Of a DNA stretch of 64,000 bases, positions 18,625 through 28,865 are shown one piece after another; the first letter of the stretch is position 1; each line of letters starts with the position of its first letter. The notes under the pieces are model-generated. The model did no database searches. It saw only the letters and a program-made list of their open reading frames with translations, and had not been told where the DNA came from. The stretch is from contig JAPOWH010000012.1 in NCBI GenBank assembly GCA_026707735.1, forward strand, positions 77,990 through 141,989, written 5' to 3'. Position numbers and translations under genes: made by a program. This DNA is from Gammaproteobacteria bacterium (lineage in GTDB: Bacteria; Pseudomonadota; Gammaproteobacteria; Pseudomonadales; Azotimanducaceae).

Positions 18625-19941
18625 ATGTTAGATCAAGTCAATGTGCGGTGGTGGGTGGTACTTGCAATAGTTCTCGCCGCTCCAGCGGCACTAGCGCAGA
18701 CATTGGACACAGGTGATACGGCATGGCTTCTCACAGCGACTGCGCTTGTGTTGTTCATGACGATACCGGGTCTGTCACTGTTCTATGCGGGCTTGGTCCG
18801 CCAGAACAACGTTCTAAGCATTTTCATGCAGTGCTTTTCGATTACGTGCCTTGTAACGATTTTGTGGTTGTTTGTCGGCTACAGCTTGGCATTTGGCGAA
18901 AGCAATGCCGTTGTAGGCGACCTGTCTAACTTTTTATTCAAGAATGTGAGCGAAGACTCGATGTCTGGCTCTATTCCAGAATCCAGTTTCGCTATTTTCC
19001 AACTGACATTCGCAATCATCACGCCCGCACTAATCGTGGGTGGATTCGCTGAACGAATGCGCTTTTCCGCAATTTTGATATTCACCACGCTGTGGGTGAT
19101 CATCGTCTATGCTCCGTTGTGCCATTGGGTGTGGGGCGGTGGTTGGCTAAGTTCCGACGGATGGTTGGGGTCCTTTACAGGAGGTCTCATGGACTTCGCC
19201 GGAGGCACGGTCGTACATATCTCAGCCGGGACGGCTGCCTTAGTTGCGGCGCTCTACCTAGGTCCTCGCCGCGGGTTTCCGACTGCTGCCATGATTCCAC
19301 ACAATTTGCCTTTCACCGTCGTGGGTGCAGGAATGCTGTGGGTTGGTTGGTTTGGCTTCAATGGTGGAAGCGCATTGGCGGCAAATGGAGACGCTGCCAT
19401 GGCAATAGCTGTTACACACATCTCTGCTGCTACGGCAGCATTCACATGGCTAGTCGTCGAGTGGATTCGTTTTGGCAAACCGAGTGTGCTGGGCGCGGTA
19501 ACCGGTATGGTTGCTGGATTGGGCTCAATTACTCCGGCATCGGGCTACGTGGGGCCAGCGGGCGCATTGGTAATCGGCTTGGTCGCCGGACTCGTCTGTT
19601 TCCTTGCAACCAACTTCCTCAAGAGAACTCTTAAGATCGATGATTCGCTTGATGTGTTCCCCGTGCACGGTGTAGGCGGAATACTTGGCACTTTGCTCAC
19701 CGGTATTTTTGCCAGTTCGGCATTGGGATGGTTTGGAGGACAGGAAGAGATTGCCATAGGAAGTCAGTTGCTGGCTCAATTCATTGGGGTCTTGGCGACC
19801 GTAGTGTGGGTGGGTGTACTGACCTGGGTAATTTTGAAGGTCACAGACTTGCTTGTGAAGGTTCGCGTACCTGAAGATGTGGAGATTGAAGGGCTTGACA
19901 TCGCAACGCACAACGAACGAGGCTACAACTTGAACAGCTAG
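18625..19941 (+). CDS. amt: Ammonium transporter
   Basis: Multi-TM protein with DFAGGTVVHISAG and VHGVGGILGTLLTGIFA. A GGGAGGG RBS is present. Confidence 0.92.
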   Translation: MLDQVNVRWWVVLAIVLAAPAALAQTLDTGDTAWLLTATALVLFMTIPGLSLFYAGLVRQNNVLSIFMQCFSITCLVTILWLFVGYSLAFGESNAVVGDLSNFLFKNVSEDSMSGSIPESSFAIFQLTFAIITPALIVGGFAERMRFSAILIFTTLWVIIVYAPLCHWVWGGGWLSSDGWLGSFTGGLMDFAGGTVVHISAGTAALVAALYLGPRRGFPTAAMIPHNLPFTVVGAGMLWVGWFGFNGGSALAANGDAAMAIAVTHISAATAAFTWLVVEWIRFGKPSVLGAVTGMVAGLGSITPASGYVGPAGALVIGLVAGLVCFLATNFLKRTLKIDDSLDVFPVHGVGGILGTLLTGIFASSALGWFGGQEEIAIGSQLLAQFIGVLATVVWVGVLTWVILKVTDLLVKVRVPEDVEIEGLDIATHNERGYNLNS

Positions 19942-19961
19942 CGTTTTGTAAATGCTAGCTG
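19935..19961. terminator. Hairpin between convergent amt and ddl; weak bidirectional terminator candidate
   Basis: CAGCTAGC-N11-GCTAGCTG forms an 8-bp perfect stem that overlaps the amt stop. No clear U-tract follows. Confidence 0.3.
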
Positions 19962-19974
19962 CAACACGCGACAT

Positions 19975-20925
19975 TCAAGTAGTCGATTTGCTGGCTGCGC
20001 GTCTGTGTGCACTCATGACAAGCTGAAGTGCTAGTTCAGCAAGGTCCATTCCGTGAACTCTACATGCATCTGGATACAAGCTCGTTGGAGTCATTCCTGG
20101 CATGCTGTTAACTTCCAGTAGCCAGAAGTCGTTATTTTGTTCTAGAACAAAATCGGCACGAGACAAGTCGCGACAACCAAGTGCTTGGTGTGCGCCAATC
20201 GCCGCATCCTGCAGCTTCTTGTAGGTGCGGTCGTCTAGTTCGGCTGGTATAACGTGCTCGCTTTTGCCTGGTGTATAGCGATTTACAAAGTCATACCACT
20301 CGTTCTCTGCCACAAGAATCTCGGTAACAGGTAACGCAACTGGTTCAGCGCCATGCAGGTCCAAGACACCTACAGTAATTTCACGACCGTGTACGAATGG
20401 TTCAACAAGCATGAAATTGTCGTACTTGAATCCGTTCAATAGAGCGCTGCGAATGTCTCCGCCTTCCTTAAGAAGCGTTATGCCTAGAGCGGAGCCTTGG
20501 TGCCTTGGTTTGCAGACTACATGATCTCCAAAGCTTTCAAGGATTTGCTCAATGCCATTCTCGATATCCGCTTGGGCCACGACAAGGTCCTGCAGCACAG
20601 GTAGATCAAATGTGCGAAACTGCTGCTTAGCCAAGAATTTGTCCATTGCCAGCGCGCTTGCGTGCAAGCCACAGCCAACGTACGGCAGTTCAAGGATGTC
20701 GAGCAGACCCTGCAATGTTCCATCTTCACCTGGTGAGCCGTGCAGAACTGGGAAGACAACGTCTGGACCTAACTCATGCAAATCCAGAGCGATCCGTGGG
20801 GTTAGTTCAATGTACTGGACATTGCAATTGCATTCCAATGCTTCAGCGATTTGAGACGCAGAAGACCTTGATATGTCGGCTTCGTGAGAGGTGCCACCTC
20901 CTAGTACCGCAACTTTCAATCCCAT
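19975..20925 (-). CDS. ddl: D-alanine--D-alanine ligase
   Basis: Aligns by eye over its full length to the DdlB pattern: VAVLGGGTSHE, VFPVLHGSPGEDGTLQGLLD and LLEVNSMPGMT. Confidence 0.9.
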   Translation of the reverse strand: MGLKVAVLGGGTSHEADISRSSASQIAEALECNCNVQYIELTPRIALDLHELGPDVVFPVLHGSPGEDGTLQGLLDILELPYVGCGLHASALAMDKFLAKQQFRTFDLPVLQDLVVAQADIENGIEQILESFGDHVVCKPRHQGSALGITLLKEGGDIRSALLNGFKYDNFMLVEPFVHGREITVGVLDLHGAEPVALPVTEILVAENEWYDFVNRYTPGKSEHVIPAELDDRTYKKLQDAAIGAHQALGCRDLSRADFVLEQNNDFWLLEVNSMPGMTPTSLYPDACRVHGMDLAELALQLVMSAHRRAASKSTT

Positions 20926-22841
20926 GACGCATTCGCTACATCGGCGCGACTAAAGCATTCTGTCGTCAAACCATGGGGATCGATCCCAAACACTCTGGAG
21001 AAAAACACGAACTCTGACTCCAGCGCATCTCTAATGTTTTCAGAAATGCGGAATCCGTGGCCTTCGTGCTCAAATAGGAACAAAGCGGTGGCGATTCCTT
21101 TTGCCGCAAGCGAGTCGAACATCATTTGAGACTGATTGGGCGGCACAATCGCGTCTTCGGTTCCCTGGTAGAAGACCACAGGGCTGTCTAGGTGGTCAAT
21201 ATGGTGTATGGGAGAACGCGCGTCAATTTCGTCCGAGGGAACCAATGCTTCGATGTAGCGGGACTCGAACTTATGAGTGTCATCTACCAGCGCTCTGACA
21301 TCTGCGACGCCATAGTAACTTGCGCCGGCTTTGAACACGTTGCTCGTGGTAAGCGCACGCAGTGTCGTGTAGCCACCAGCACTACCTCCACGAATTGCCA
21401 CTCTGGATGGATCGACCAGATCTTGAGATACCAGGTGCCGTACGCCGGCTACGCAATCCTCCACGTCCACATTGCCCCACTCGCCTATCAGCCGGTTGCG
21501 GTATTGCCTTCCATAGCCAGTGCTACCGCCGTAGTTGACATCCAATACCGCCCAACCGCGTGTCGCAAAGTACTGAACAAGAAAACTGAAGTTTGTGTTG
21601 GAGTTTGACGTAGGGCCACCATGCGACAAAACCAGCAAGGGAGGGCGTTCCCCGGAAGGCGCAACGACGTCGGGGTTAGTTGGAGCGTAGAAGTTGGCGT
21701 ACACATCCTGCCCCTTAGCATTCAAGTAGCGTATTGGGTGCACCTGTGAAACATAAGACTTTGCAAAAGGCAGAACGCCTTGTGTCCGCACGACCTGCAA
21801 TTCATTCTCTCGCGGCGCAAGTTGAACAATCGCGCTCAAGTCATCGTTTTTTCCAGCGATAAACGCGACGCCACCGCCATACTTGGTCAGTGATGCGTAG
21901 CTGGAGAAATCTTCGTTGCATGGGCTGACCAACTGGGTCGAACTATCTACGTAGACTAAGGCGGGGCCGCTTTCCGACGACCGCACTGCCAGCAAAATGC
22001 TGTCCGTCATGGAAACTATCGTCCGCAATGCAAACACCCAATGGGGGAATCCATACTCGGCGTCGTCATTGGCTACGCAGTAAGCGCCCCCGAGTTCGTG
22101 AATGTAGATGTTCCAAAAACCAGATTGATCCGAGACAAATGCGAGTCGCTCGTCCCCAATCCATGTTGGTTGAACTACGGATTCGTCAGTTCCACCTGCA
22201 ATCATCGTCAGGTTGTTCAAGCCGTTAGCTTCGGAAACGTCAGCTTGATATAGCTGTGTTCCATCCCAAGGCATGTTTGGGTGGTCCCAAGCGAGAAACG
22301 CAATGCGCTTGAAATTTGGAGAAAGCCTAGGCGATGAGTAGAAGTCGTGTCCTTCGTGCAAAACGTCAATTTCACCGTTTGATGAACGTATGCGCACTAG
22401 ATCGTTTCGGGGTTCACGGTCGCTTTGATGCTTTTCCCGAATGCAGATCAAATCTCCTTGCGAATCTATGGCAAAGTCCGCAAACCGCTCGTCACGACTC
22501 GAGTCAGTAATTTTTCGAGGTTCCGTTTGATCTGGCGCGATGTGGTAGACATTTTGATCGTCCTTGTTGACGAAGAAAACGTTTCCATTTGCCACGGTGT
22601 AAGAACCTCCGCCATACTCGTGCACCATGGTTCGAACATCGAATTTGTTTGAAGTGACTTCCCTATGGTCGCCAGTATCAGAAGTGACCATGAGAACCGT
22701 GCGTCCTCGATCTGCGGGCCGCGACTCTAGATAGTAGAGGTCCTCGCCGTCAGCACAAAGCTCGCCAAACGACACAAAGCTTGACGCAACCAGTTCTGCC
22801 GAAATTGGAGAAGACCAGGAACCATATGGATATGACTTCAT
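20916..22841 (-). CDS. S9 family serine peptidase (prolyl oligopeptidase / acylaminoacyl-peptidase type)
   Basis: Has an N-terminal beta-propeller-like region, the nucleophile elbow IRGGSAGGY, and a C-terminal HEGHGF. Confidence 0.85.
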   Translation of the reverse strand: MKSYPYGSWSSPISAELVASSFVSFGELCADGEDLYYLESRPADRGRTVLMVTSDTGDHREVTSNKFDVRTMVHEYGGGSYTVANGNVFFVNKDDQNVYHIAPDQTEPRKITDSSRDERFADFAIDSQGDLICIREKHQSDREPRNDLVRIRSSNGEIDVLHEGHDFYSSPRLSPNFKRIAFLAWDHPNMPWDGTQLYQADVSEANGLNNLTMIAGGTDESVVQPTWIGDERLAFVSDQSGFWNIYIHELGGAYCVANDDAEYGFPHWVFALRTIVSMTDSILLAVRSSESGPALVYVDSSTQLVSPCNEDFSSYASLTKYGGGVAFIAGKNDDLSAIVQLAPRENELQVVRTQGVLPFAKSYVSQVHPIRYLNAKGQDVYANFYAPTNPDVVAPSGERPPLLVLSHGGPTSNSNTNFSFLVQYFATRGWAVLDVNYGGSTGYGRQYRNRLIGEWGNVDVEDCVAGVRHLVSQDLVDPSRVAIRGGSAGGYTTLRALTTSNVFKAGASYYGVADVRALVDDTHKFESRYIEALVPSDEIDARSPIHHIDHLDSPVVFYQGTEDAIVPPNQSQMMFDSLAAKGIATALFLFEHEGHGFRISENIRDALESEFVFFSRVFGIDPHGLTTECFSRADVANASWD

Positions 22842-22857
22842 TGGGTTAAATCCTGTT

Positions 22858-23448
22858 TTATGGACGGGTTAGCGAGCTTCTCAAATCCACAAGAGCCCAT
22901 CGTTCATGGTCTCGCCATTGCCCGTCTATGAAGAGAAAATCGTGTGCAAGACCTTCGAACGAAAATCCACAGCGCTGGACTAGCTTCTTTGAAGGTTGGT
23001 TTCCAGGCTGAATGGCAGCTTCTAACCGATGCAATCCCAATACTTCGAAGGAAAACCTGGCGACAAGACTCAATGCTTCGGTCATATAACCATGGCCTTG
23101 GTGGTTGGCATCGACGTAGTACGAAAGGTTGGCGCTTAGGAATGATCCATAAACAATATCGTTGAGGTTTACTACACCGACAATTTCATCGGTTTGTCGC
23201 AGACAGCAGACAAACCCCTCGGCATCCTCTCTTTGGGTTCGCCTCAGATACAGGCGAAACATGTTTGCCGTTTGTGGGGGCGTAATCCACGGGTGGTGCA
23301 AGTGCTGGCTGGAATGCGCCATTGCGATCAAAGCTTGTTTGTCGCTACTGCGCACCTTACGGATGTAAATCCTGCTAGTCATTTGCTCTTCGTCAGACTC
23401 TTCATTGTCTGTTCTCAAGGACTTGCGGAAAAAGAGAGAGCTCACCAC
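22858..23448 (-). CDS. GNAT family N-acetyltransferase (RimJ/RimL-like)
   Basis: Contains HQGHGYMTEAL and NQPSKKLVQRCGF. The probable true start is MTSRIYIRKV at 23382. Confidence 0.75.
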   Translation of the reverse strand: MVSSLFFRKSLRTDNEESDEEQMTSRIYIRKVRSSDKQALIAMAHSSQHLHHPWITPPQTANMFRLYLRRTQREDAEGFVCCLRQTDEIVGVVNLNDIVYGSFLSANLSYYVDANHQGHGYMTEALSLVARFSFEVLGLHRLEAAIQPGNQPSKKLVQRCGFSFEGLAHDFLFIDGQWRDHERWALVDLRSSLTRP

Positions 23449-23664
23449 AGAGACAGTCGAGAATTCGCCAAATGCGTGTTCATGAACCGAGGTGCGTAGC
23501 CTGAATTTGCTGCACAGTCTAATCGAATTGCTAAGAGGTCTAGCCGTAGCTCTTGGCGGGAGGGTTTACCGAGCAAAACTCCTGCAAGTTTGATCATTTA
23601 TGTGAAAGAGAGCTGTAGTCAAGACTTTGCCTTGCACGGATACAATGGTGCCGTTTCAAAGCAA

Positions 23665-24474
23665 ATGTTGAGGTGTCTAGTGCGTTTGTTAGTACGAACC
23701 TACCCGTGGCTACTCGTGATCTTGATGGTCTCGACCAGTTCTGCATTGGCGCAGGCATCCGGAATCTTTGCGGGGTTTCATGGTGCGGTATCGCAGTCAG
23801 ATGCTACCTACGGCAAGACGGTGGCCAACACACTAGACGACGCAGCAACGCCTATTGCCGGAATGTCTTTCAGTACAAGCAACTCCGGTGATGGAAACCT
23901 GGCAAACCTCGGCGTTGTAGCCGGATTTCGGCACGCATGGGACAGACAATTTGCCAGCGTGCAGTTGGAGGCAAGCTTCGGCGCAGGCAGAGTCTCAGGC
24001 TTTGTGCTGGGAGACGGAGTGTCTCGAGAAAGGGCTCAATACGGCGAAGCTTGGCCAGAAACATTCGAAGTTAGTGCCAGCACGGAAATCGGCGTTGTTG
24101 GGAAGTGGGGGCGTGAACTGCTTTCAAGTAACTGGGCCGCGATTACAGGCGTCTACGTTCTCGCCGGAATAAAGCAATCGAGTCTGGAACTCGAAACTCG
24201 CTACGAGCTAGGTTGCTTCATGTTGGCTACATGCTTTGGACCGCAGTTTAGTAGCGGAGAGTTTGAATACACCGCCAAGGGACAGAAGTTCGTCGTTGGC
24301 GGTGGTCTTGAACATGCATTTAGCGAGCGGTTCGTTGCTCAATTGGAACTGCGTTTCGAATCCGCGATAGAGGACGAGTGGCGCGATTCCTACGAGGATG
24401 GTGCACTCACGGTTAATCCCACACTTGAAACTCAAGACATCACGTTCGCGTTGAGTCTTTCGAGATTCCTATAG
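23665..24474 (+). CDS. Outer-membrane beta-barrel protein (porin-family-like), hypothetical
   Basis: Has a signal peptide (MLRCLVRLLVRTYPWLLVILMVSTSSALAQA), alternating beta-strand-like segments, and a C-terminal ...LSLSRFL. Confidence 0.5.
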   Translation: MLRCLVRLLVRTYPWLLVILMVSTSSALAQASGIFAGFHGAVSQSDATYGKTVANTLDDAATPIAGMSFSTSNSGDGNLANLGVVAGFRHAWDRQFASVQLEASFGAGRVSGFVLGDGVSRERAQYGEAWPETFEVSASTEIGVVGKWGRELLSSNWAAITGVYVLAGIKQSSLELETRYELGCFMLATCFGPQFSSGEFEYTAKGQKFVVGGGLEHAFSERFVAQLELRFESAIEDEWRDSYEDGALTVNPTLETQDITFALSLSRFL

Positions 24475-24606
24475 AAGTGTGCTTCAAGTTATTGATGTAA
24501 ACCATAAATTTACAAACGGCATGTCTGTCGCGTTCCAGCCTTGCCCCATAGAAAAACGGGCTACCAAAGCCAACGAGTCGTTGTTCCAATCATCCTAGCT
24601 CGCTCT

Positions 24607-24840
24607 ATGTCTATTAGGCTGTATGTGACAAGCGCTTGTACTCTGTGCGATGAAGCGTTGGACATGCTACTGGAATCTCAACCTCTTGCCGGAAAGGTAT
24701 TGCAAGTCGTGGATATCGCCAACGACGATGCATTGCTGCTGCGTTGGTCTGACAAGATTCCTGTGTTAGAGATAGGAGGCGACCAGTTGGTTTGGCCATT
24801 CGCTGTCGCGGACGTTGTCCAACTACTGAACCGAGAATAG
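24607..24840 (+). CDS. Glutaredoxin-like small protein (DUF836-type)
   Basis: MSIRLYVTSACTLCDEA carries a CxxC. The protein is about 77 aa with a thioredoxin-fold pattern. Confidence 0.6.
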   Translation: MSIRLYVTSACTLCDEALDMLLESQPLAGKVLQVVDIANDDALLLRWSDKIPVLEIGGDQLVWPFAVADVVQLLNRE

Positions 24841-25599
24841 TCTTCGAGCGTTGTCAGACGTAACTTTCGCGACGTGCTCCACGCTTTGGTTACGAGCCTC
24901 GGCTACGGATTCCGCCACGTAGCGCAAATTCTCCGGTTCATTTCTTCGAGACTTGGGTCGTGGTCGAATGGTTCGTGGCAGAAGATAGGGTGCGTCCGTT
25001 TCAATCAAGAGGCGATCATCGGGAATCAGATGCGCTGACTCTTTTAGTTCGGTACCGCGTCGCTCATCGCAAATCCAGCCCGTAATGCCGATATACAACC
25101 CCAGGTCGAGGTACTTGGAGAGGAGTTCGGCGCTACCAGTAAAGCAATGAACAACACCACACAATTGAGTAAATTCAGAGACAATTCTGAGCAAATCCCC
25201 GCCTGAGTCTCGGTCATGGATGAAGACTGGCAAATTCAGTTCGGTCGCTAATTCCAATTGCGCTGCGAATACGTTACGTTGTAATTCACGAGGCGAAAAG
25301 TCTCTGAAGTAGTCCAATCCAGTCTCTCCAAGCGCAACAACGCATCGTTCTTGCACGAGTTCCTTGATCGTATCTTCCCAGCCACTTGTCAGCTTTGCGG
25401 CGTTGTGTGGGTGTATGCCCACAGTAGAGGAAAGTCGATCTGGGTGTTTCCTGCAGATCGAAATGGCTTTGCGACTGCCCTGTAGATCCGTCCCGGTGAC
25501 TATGATGTGGTCGACCCCACTTGCTCGGGAGCGTGCCAAGACTTGATCCAAATCATGACTAAAGGACTTATCGGTTAGGTTTGCACCAATGTCGATCAT
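24823..25599 (-). CDS. TatD family metal-dependent hydrolase/DNase
   Basis: Contains MIDIGANL, HCFTG and ETDAPYL. The ORF-track start at 25656 would overlap slt. Confidence 0.85.
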   Translation of the reverse strand: MIDIGANLTDKSFSHDLDQVLARSRASGVDHIIVTGTDLQGSRKAISICRKHPDRLSSTVGIHPHNAAKLTSGWEDTIKELVQERCVVALGETGLDYFRDFSPRELQRNVFAAQLELATELNLPVFIHDRDSGGDLLRIVSEFTQLCGVVHCFTGSAELLSKYLDLGLYIGITGWICDERRGTELKESAHLIPDDRLLIETDAPYLLPRTIRPRPKSRRNEPENLRYVAESVAEARNQSVEHVAKVTSDNARRLFSVQ

Positions 25600-25627
25600 G
25601 CGAGGCTGGAACGCGAAAGTGGCAGAG

Positions 25628-27520
25628 CTAAGGAATGGTGCGTTCGTGGTCGGCAAGCACTGGAACAGGGATGTCCAAGATTTGGCTATACACCTGCGTG
25701 AACGCGATGACGCTCTTCACGTAGTTGCGCGTTTCAGCAAATGGAATAGTCTCGATCCAAACCCGAGTATCCATACCACTTGCATTCTTGATCCATTCTT
25801 TGACTCTGTGTGCGCCGGCGTTGTAGGCTGCGAAAGCCAGTACACGATTGTCATGGAACTCGTCTAACAGCTCGACAAAGTGATGGGAGCCCAAATATAT
25901 GTTTGTTGCTGGATCAAGTAACGCCGTAGGCGAGGGGCGCGGTGCGCGAATGTTGCTAGCAGTACGACGGGCTGTTGGGAGCATGAGCTGCATGAGCCCG
26001 CGAGCACCTACGGGCGAAACGGCATTTGCATTGAAAGCACTTTCCTGTCGGGTAATGGCGAGCAAAACGGGAAGACTGACGTTGGTCATGTGAGCATTTC
26101 GCTTGAATGCGTCCAGGTAAAGCATGGGAAACCGGGCATCTATCAAATCCAATGCATCAGCAGAAAACGCCGCCTGAATGGCGTCGTACGTCCATCCAAT
26201 ATTTGCGATTTCATGTGCAATCCACGACTTGGCATCCTGGTCGATCTGAGGTAGCAGCCATCGCCACTCCTTCTTGGCGCTTGTTTGGTCGCCAAGAGCA
26301 TAGAGTTCGAAAATTCTGGCAATGCGGGGGTCTCCCAGGTACTTTTCGCGTTGCGCGTGAGGATTGGGCCAAGAAAATCCGTTTAGCTGTATCGGCAGTC
26401 CGAGTTCATCAGCCGCGAGGAACCCGTAGTAAGTACGTTCTGTTGCTAGTGCTTTGAGCGCGCTGCGGGCTTCTTCCCGTCCTAATTTCAATTTGAGAAT
26501 AGAGGACCAAAAACGCCACTTGTACTGAGTTTGTTCGGCGTCCGGATATTGTTCCAGCCATTGGTGTGCCCATTGCCACTGCTCTAGTGCCATTGCCGTG
26601 TCGGCAATCCGTTCAATGGTTTGAGCATCGAAGTCTTGATTGATGGGCCGTATGAGTTGGCCCTCTCTAGCAGCCCAGAACGCCAAGTAGTTTTCCGTAC
26701 CCAGGAGCGTTTCAGTGTCGAAGGAAAACTGCGAACGATATTCATTCCAGAGTTCAAGGGCTTCTAGGCCATTGTCTATCGCATACTCTCTGAGTCCGTG
26801 CACAAGTGCGGTACGTCCCCAATCATCATCCGCAAAACGACGAATGTTCTTCACCAATCCGGGCCTGACGTGAACATCGTAGAGTAGCTGCGCTCGGCTC
26901 CTATCCGCAGTCGGAAAGAACCTCATAAGGTATCTGGCTAATACAAGCGAATCTTCTTGGACGGCAAGTTGCAATCGTTGCCAAGCGATTTCCGACGTAA
27001 CGTTGCCATTGCTTATCCAAGTTCCGAAGATCGGATCGCATTCTTTGGGTTGTGAAACTCCAATAATCCAAAGAGCTGGCACCAGCGACATGGCTTTGTC
27101 CGTTTGTCCAATTCGATGAAGGGCATGCAAATAGCGGCACTCCTCCGCAGCATCGTTCGATGGAAGGTAGTATTGCGTGTAGGTTTGCCATTTGCCCGCT
27201 TTAGCTTGAGCGTCTAGCCATCGTCGAAAAAACTCATCCGACAAAACAGATTCACTAAGGCTGTTTCGAATCTCTTGTGCTTGCTCGGCGGTGCGGGACG
27301 AAAGTCTGACTAGCGCTTCGTGATATTCAAGATATACGTAGAGAGGGTAATCTTGAAGTTCGTCCTTCAATCTCCGATATTCCGTGGTTCGTCCAGAGTC
27401 CCTTGCAGATTTCGCTTGCTTGTACTTCTCCCTAAGCTCGATCAGATCTTGCTGTGCATTGCCGTTTGGAGTGCAAAACAGCAATGCTAGGATGAAACCA
27501 GAGACTGCCAGTGATTTCAT
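25628..27520 (-). CDS. slt: Soluble lytic murein transglycosylase (Slt70-like)
   Basis: Has a signal peptide, a superhelical N-domain, and the catalytic region ESAFNANAVSPVGARGLMQL plus AYNAG. Confidence 0.85.
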   Translation of the reverse strand: MKSLAVSGFILALLFCTPNGNAQQDLIELREKYKQAKSARDSGRTTEYRRLKDELQDYPLYVYLEYHEALVRLSSRTAEQAQEIRNSLSESVLSDEFFRRWLDAQAKAGKWQTYTQYYLPSNDAAEECRYLHALHRIGQTDKAMSLVPALWIIGVSQPKECDPIFGTWISNGNVTSEIAWQRLQLAVQEDSLVLARYLMRFFPTADRSRAQLLYDVHVRPGLVKNIRRFADDDWGRTALVHGLREYAIDNGLEALELWNEYRSQFSFDTETLLGTENYLAFWAAREGQLIRPINQDFDAQTIERIADTAMALEQWQWAHQWLEQYPDAEQTQYKWRFWSSILKLKLGREEARSALKALATERTYYGFLAADELGLPIQLNGFSWPNPHAQREKYLGDPRIARIFELYALGDQTSAKKEWRWLLPQIDQDAKSWIAHEIANIGWTYDAIQAAFSADALDLIDARFPMLYLDAFKRNAHMTNVSLPVLLAITRQESAFNANAVSPVGARGLMQLMLPTARRTASNIRAPRPSPTALLDPATNIYLGSHHFVELLDEFHDNRVLAFAAYNAGAHRVKEWIKNASGMDTRVWIETIPFAETRNYVKSVIAFTQVYSQILDIPVPVLADHERTIP

Positions 27521-27543
27521 GCTTTAAGAGAATGCATCCACTA

Positions 27544-27990
27544 CTAACTGTCTTCGCCGACACGTACGGCTAACACATCGCAAGTGGCTTTCTGAAGTAC
27601 TCCATTCAACGTCGATCCAAACAAGATTGCGAGCCCGTGGCGACCATGGCTTCCAACCACAATGACATCGATTTTGTTCTCGGCAGCGATTCTATGTATT
27701 TCACTCTCGATTCGACCGAATGCGAGATGCTGACGGTCCTTGGAAATGTGGAAGTCGCTGGACAATTCCCGCAAATACGATTCCGCCTGATCGTAAATGG
27801 CTTCGTGCAACGACGACAGGTCCATGGGGATTTCGTCACCGTATGCCAAACTTTGTGGCTCAATAACATGAACAATGTGAAGTTGGGCTTGGTAGAGCTC
27901 AGAAAGAATCGAAGCATGTTCAGCAACATGTCTGCAATCCTCGGTGAGATCTACAGCAAGCAGTACTCGGGAATACTTGGACATTGACAA
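27544..27990 (-). CDS. Universal stress protein (UspA family)
   Basis: Contains VLLAVDL and VVGSHGRHG. Size is 148 aa. Confidence 0.85.
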   Translation of the reverse strand: MSMSKYSRVLLAVDLTEDCRHVAEHASILSELYQAQLHIVHVIEPQSLAYGDEIPMDLSSLHEAIYDQAESYLRELSSDFHISKDRQHLAFGRIESEIHRIAAENKIDVIVVGSHGRHGLAILFGSTLNGVLQKATCDVLAVRVGEDS

Positions 27991-28061
27991 TGCTTGGCAT
28001 GGTCGATTTGGATGGCTTTAATTATGTACAAAATAGATGGGCGAGTGAGCGCTAAGTATCC

Positions 28062-28619
28062 ATGTTTTGGATAATGCTAACAACTGCCGCGCTGTTGGTA
28101 TTTGGCGGACTGCTGGCTGTGCTGCCATCCAAACGGGAACGGCAAATCGGTCAAATGCGGATTGAAGCGAGAAAGCAGGGAATTCACATTGGTAGTGACA
28201 CGCTGCCTAATGTGAACGCGCCGTTGGTTGAGAGAGTTACATCGGGCGGAAAAATCAGGAAACCAACAATTCAATGCGTGGTGTGGGGAAAGCATTACTC
28301 GGACGACTCGGCAACGTTCCCGAGCTGGCGCTTGCTCAAGTCCGATAAAGGTAACACCCCGATTGAAGGCTTCGAAGCCAATCCGCCCCTGGACAACACT
28401 CAATCTAGCCTGAATGGATCGTATTGGATCTCCGTTCAAGAGGTGTTGGACAGTATTCCGAAAGAGATTGCTGCGCTGCAGTGCACACCCCAAAGCGTTG
28501 CGTGGATTGGCGTAGAGAGATTGGATTCATCCCCGGACGAATTTATTTGCCAAATGTCGACGGCACTCGATCGCCTCATGGACTTGAACGTCGCAATAGG
28601 GATGAAAGACAATTCCTAG
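28062..28619 (+). CDS. Hypothetical membrane-anchored protein
   Basis: Has one N-terminal TM segment (MFWIMLTTAALLVFGGLLAVL). I recognise no domain. Confidence 0.4.
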   Translation: MFWIMLTTAALLVFGGLLAVLPSKRERQIGQMRIEARKQGIHIGSDTLPNVNAPLVERVTSGGKIRKPTIQCVVWGKHYSDDSATFPSWRLLKSDKGNTPIEGFEANPPLDNTQSSLNGSYWISVQEVLDSIPKEIAALQCTPQSVAWIGVERLDSSPDEFICQMSTALDRLMDLNVAIGMKDNS

Positions 28620-28865
28620 CGAAGTGACGAGGAATCCGCCAATTGAGCGGATTTGCGTGCTGGCGTTTTGAGGAAGAAAGTCTAGATTGGGGCGAACTTC
28701 TAGCTACGCCATTCGTCTATGGACTCTGTTTACTATTGCAAAACAACTTGCCATTGGAAACCACCAGCGGCAGTTTCGGCGCGTTCTGAAATTCGAGTTG
28801 TGTAAATATATTTGTGCGCGTGGCACCCGCGCAGGGATTTGGATGGTGCTAGATTAAGGAGAGAC

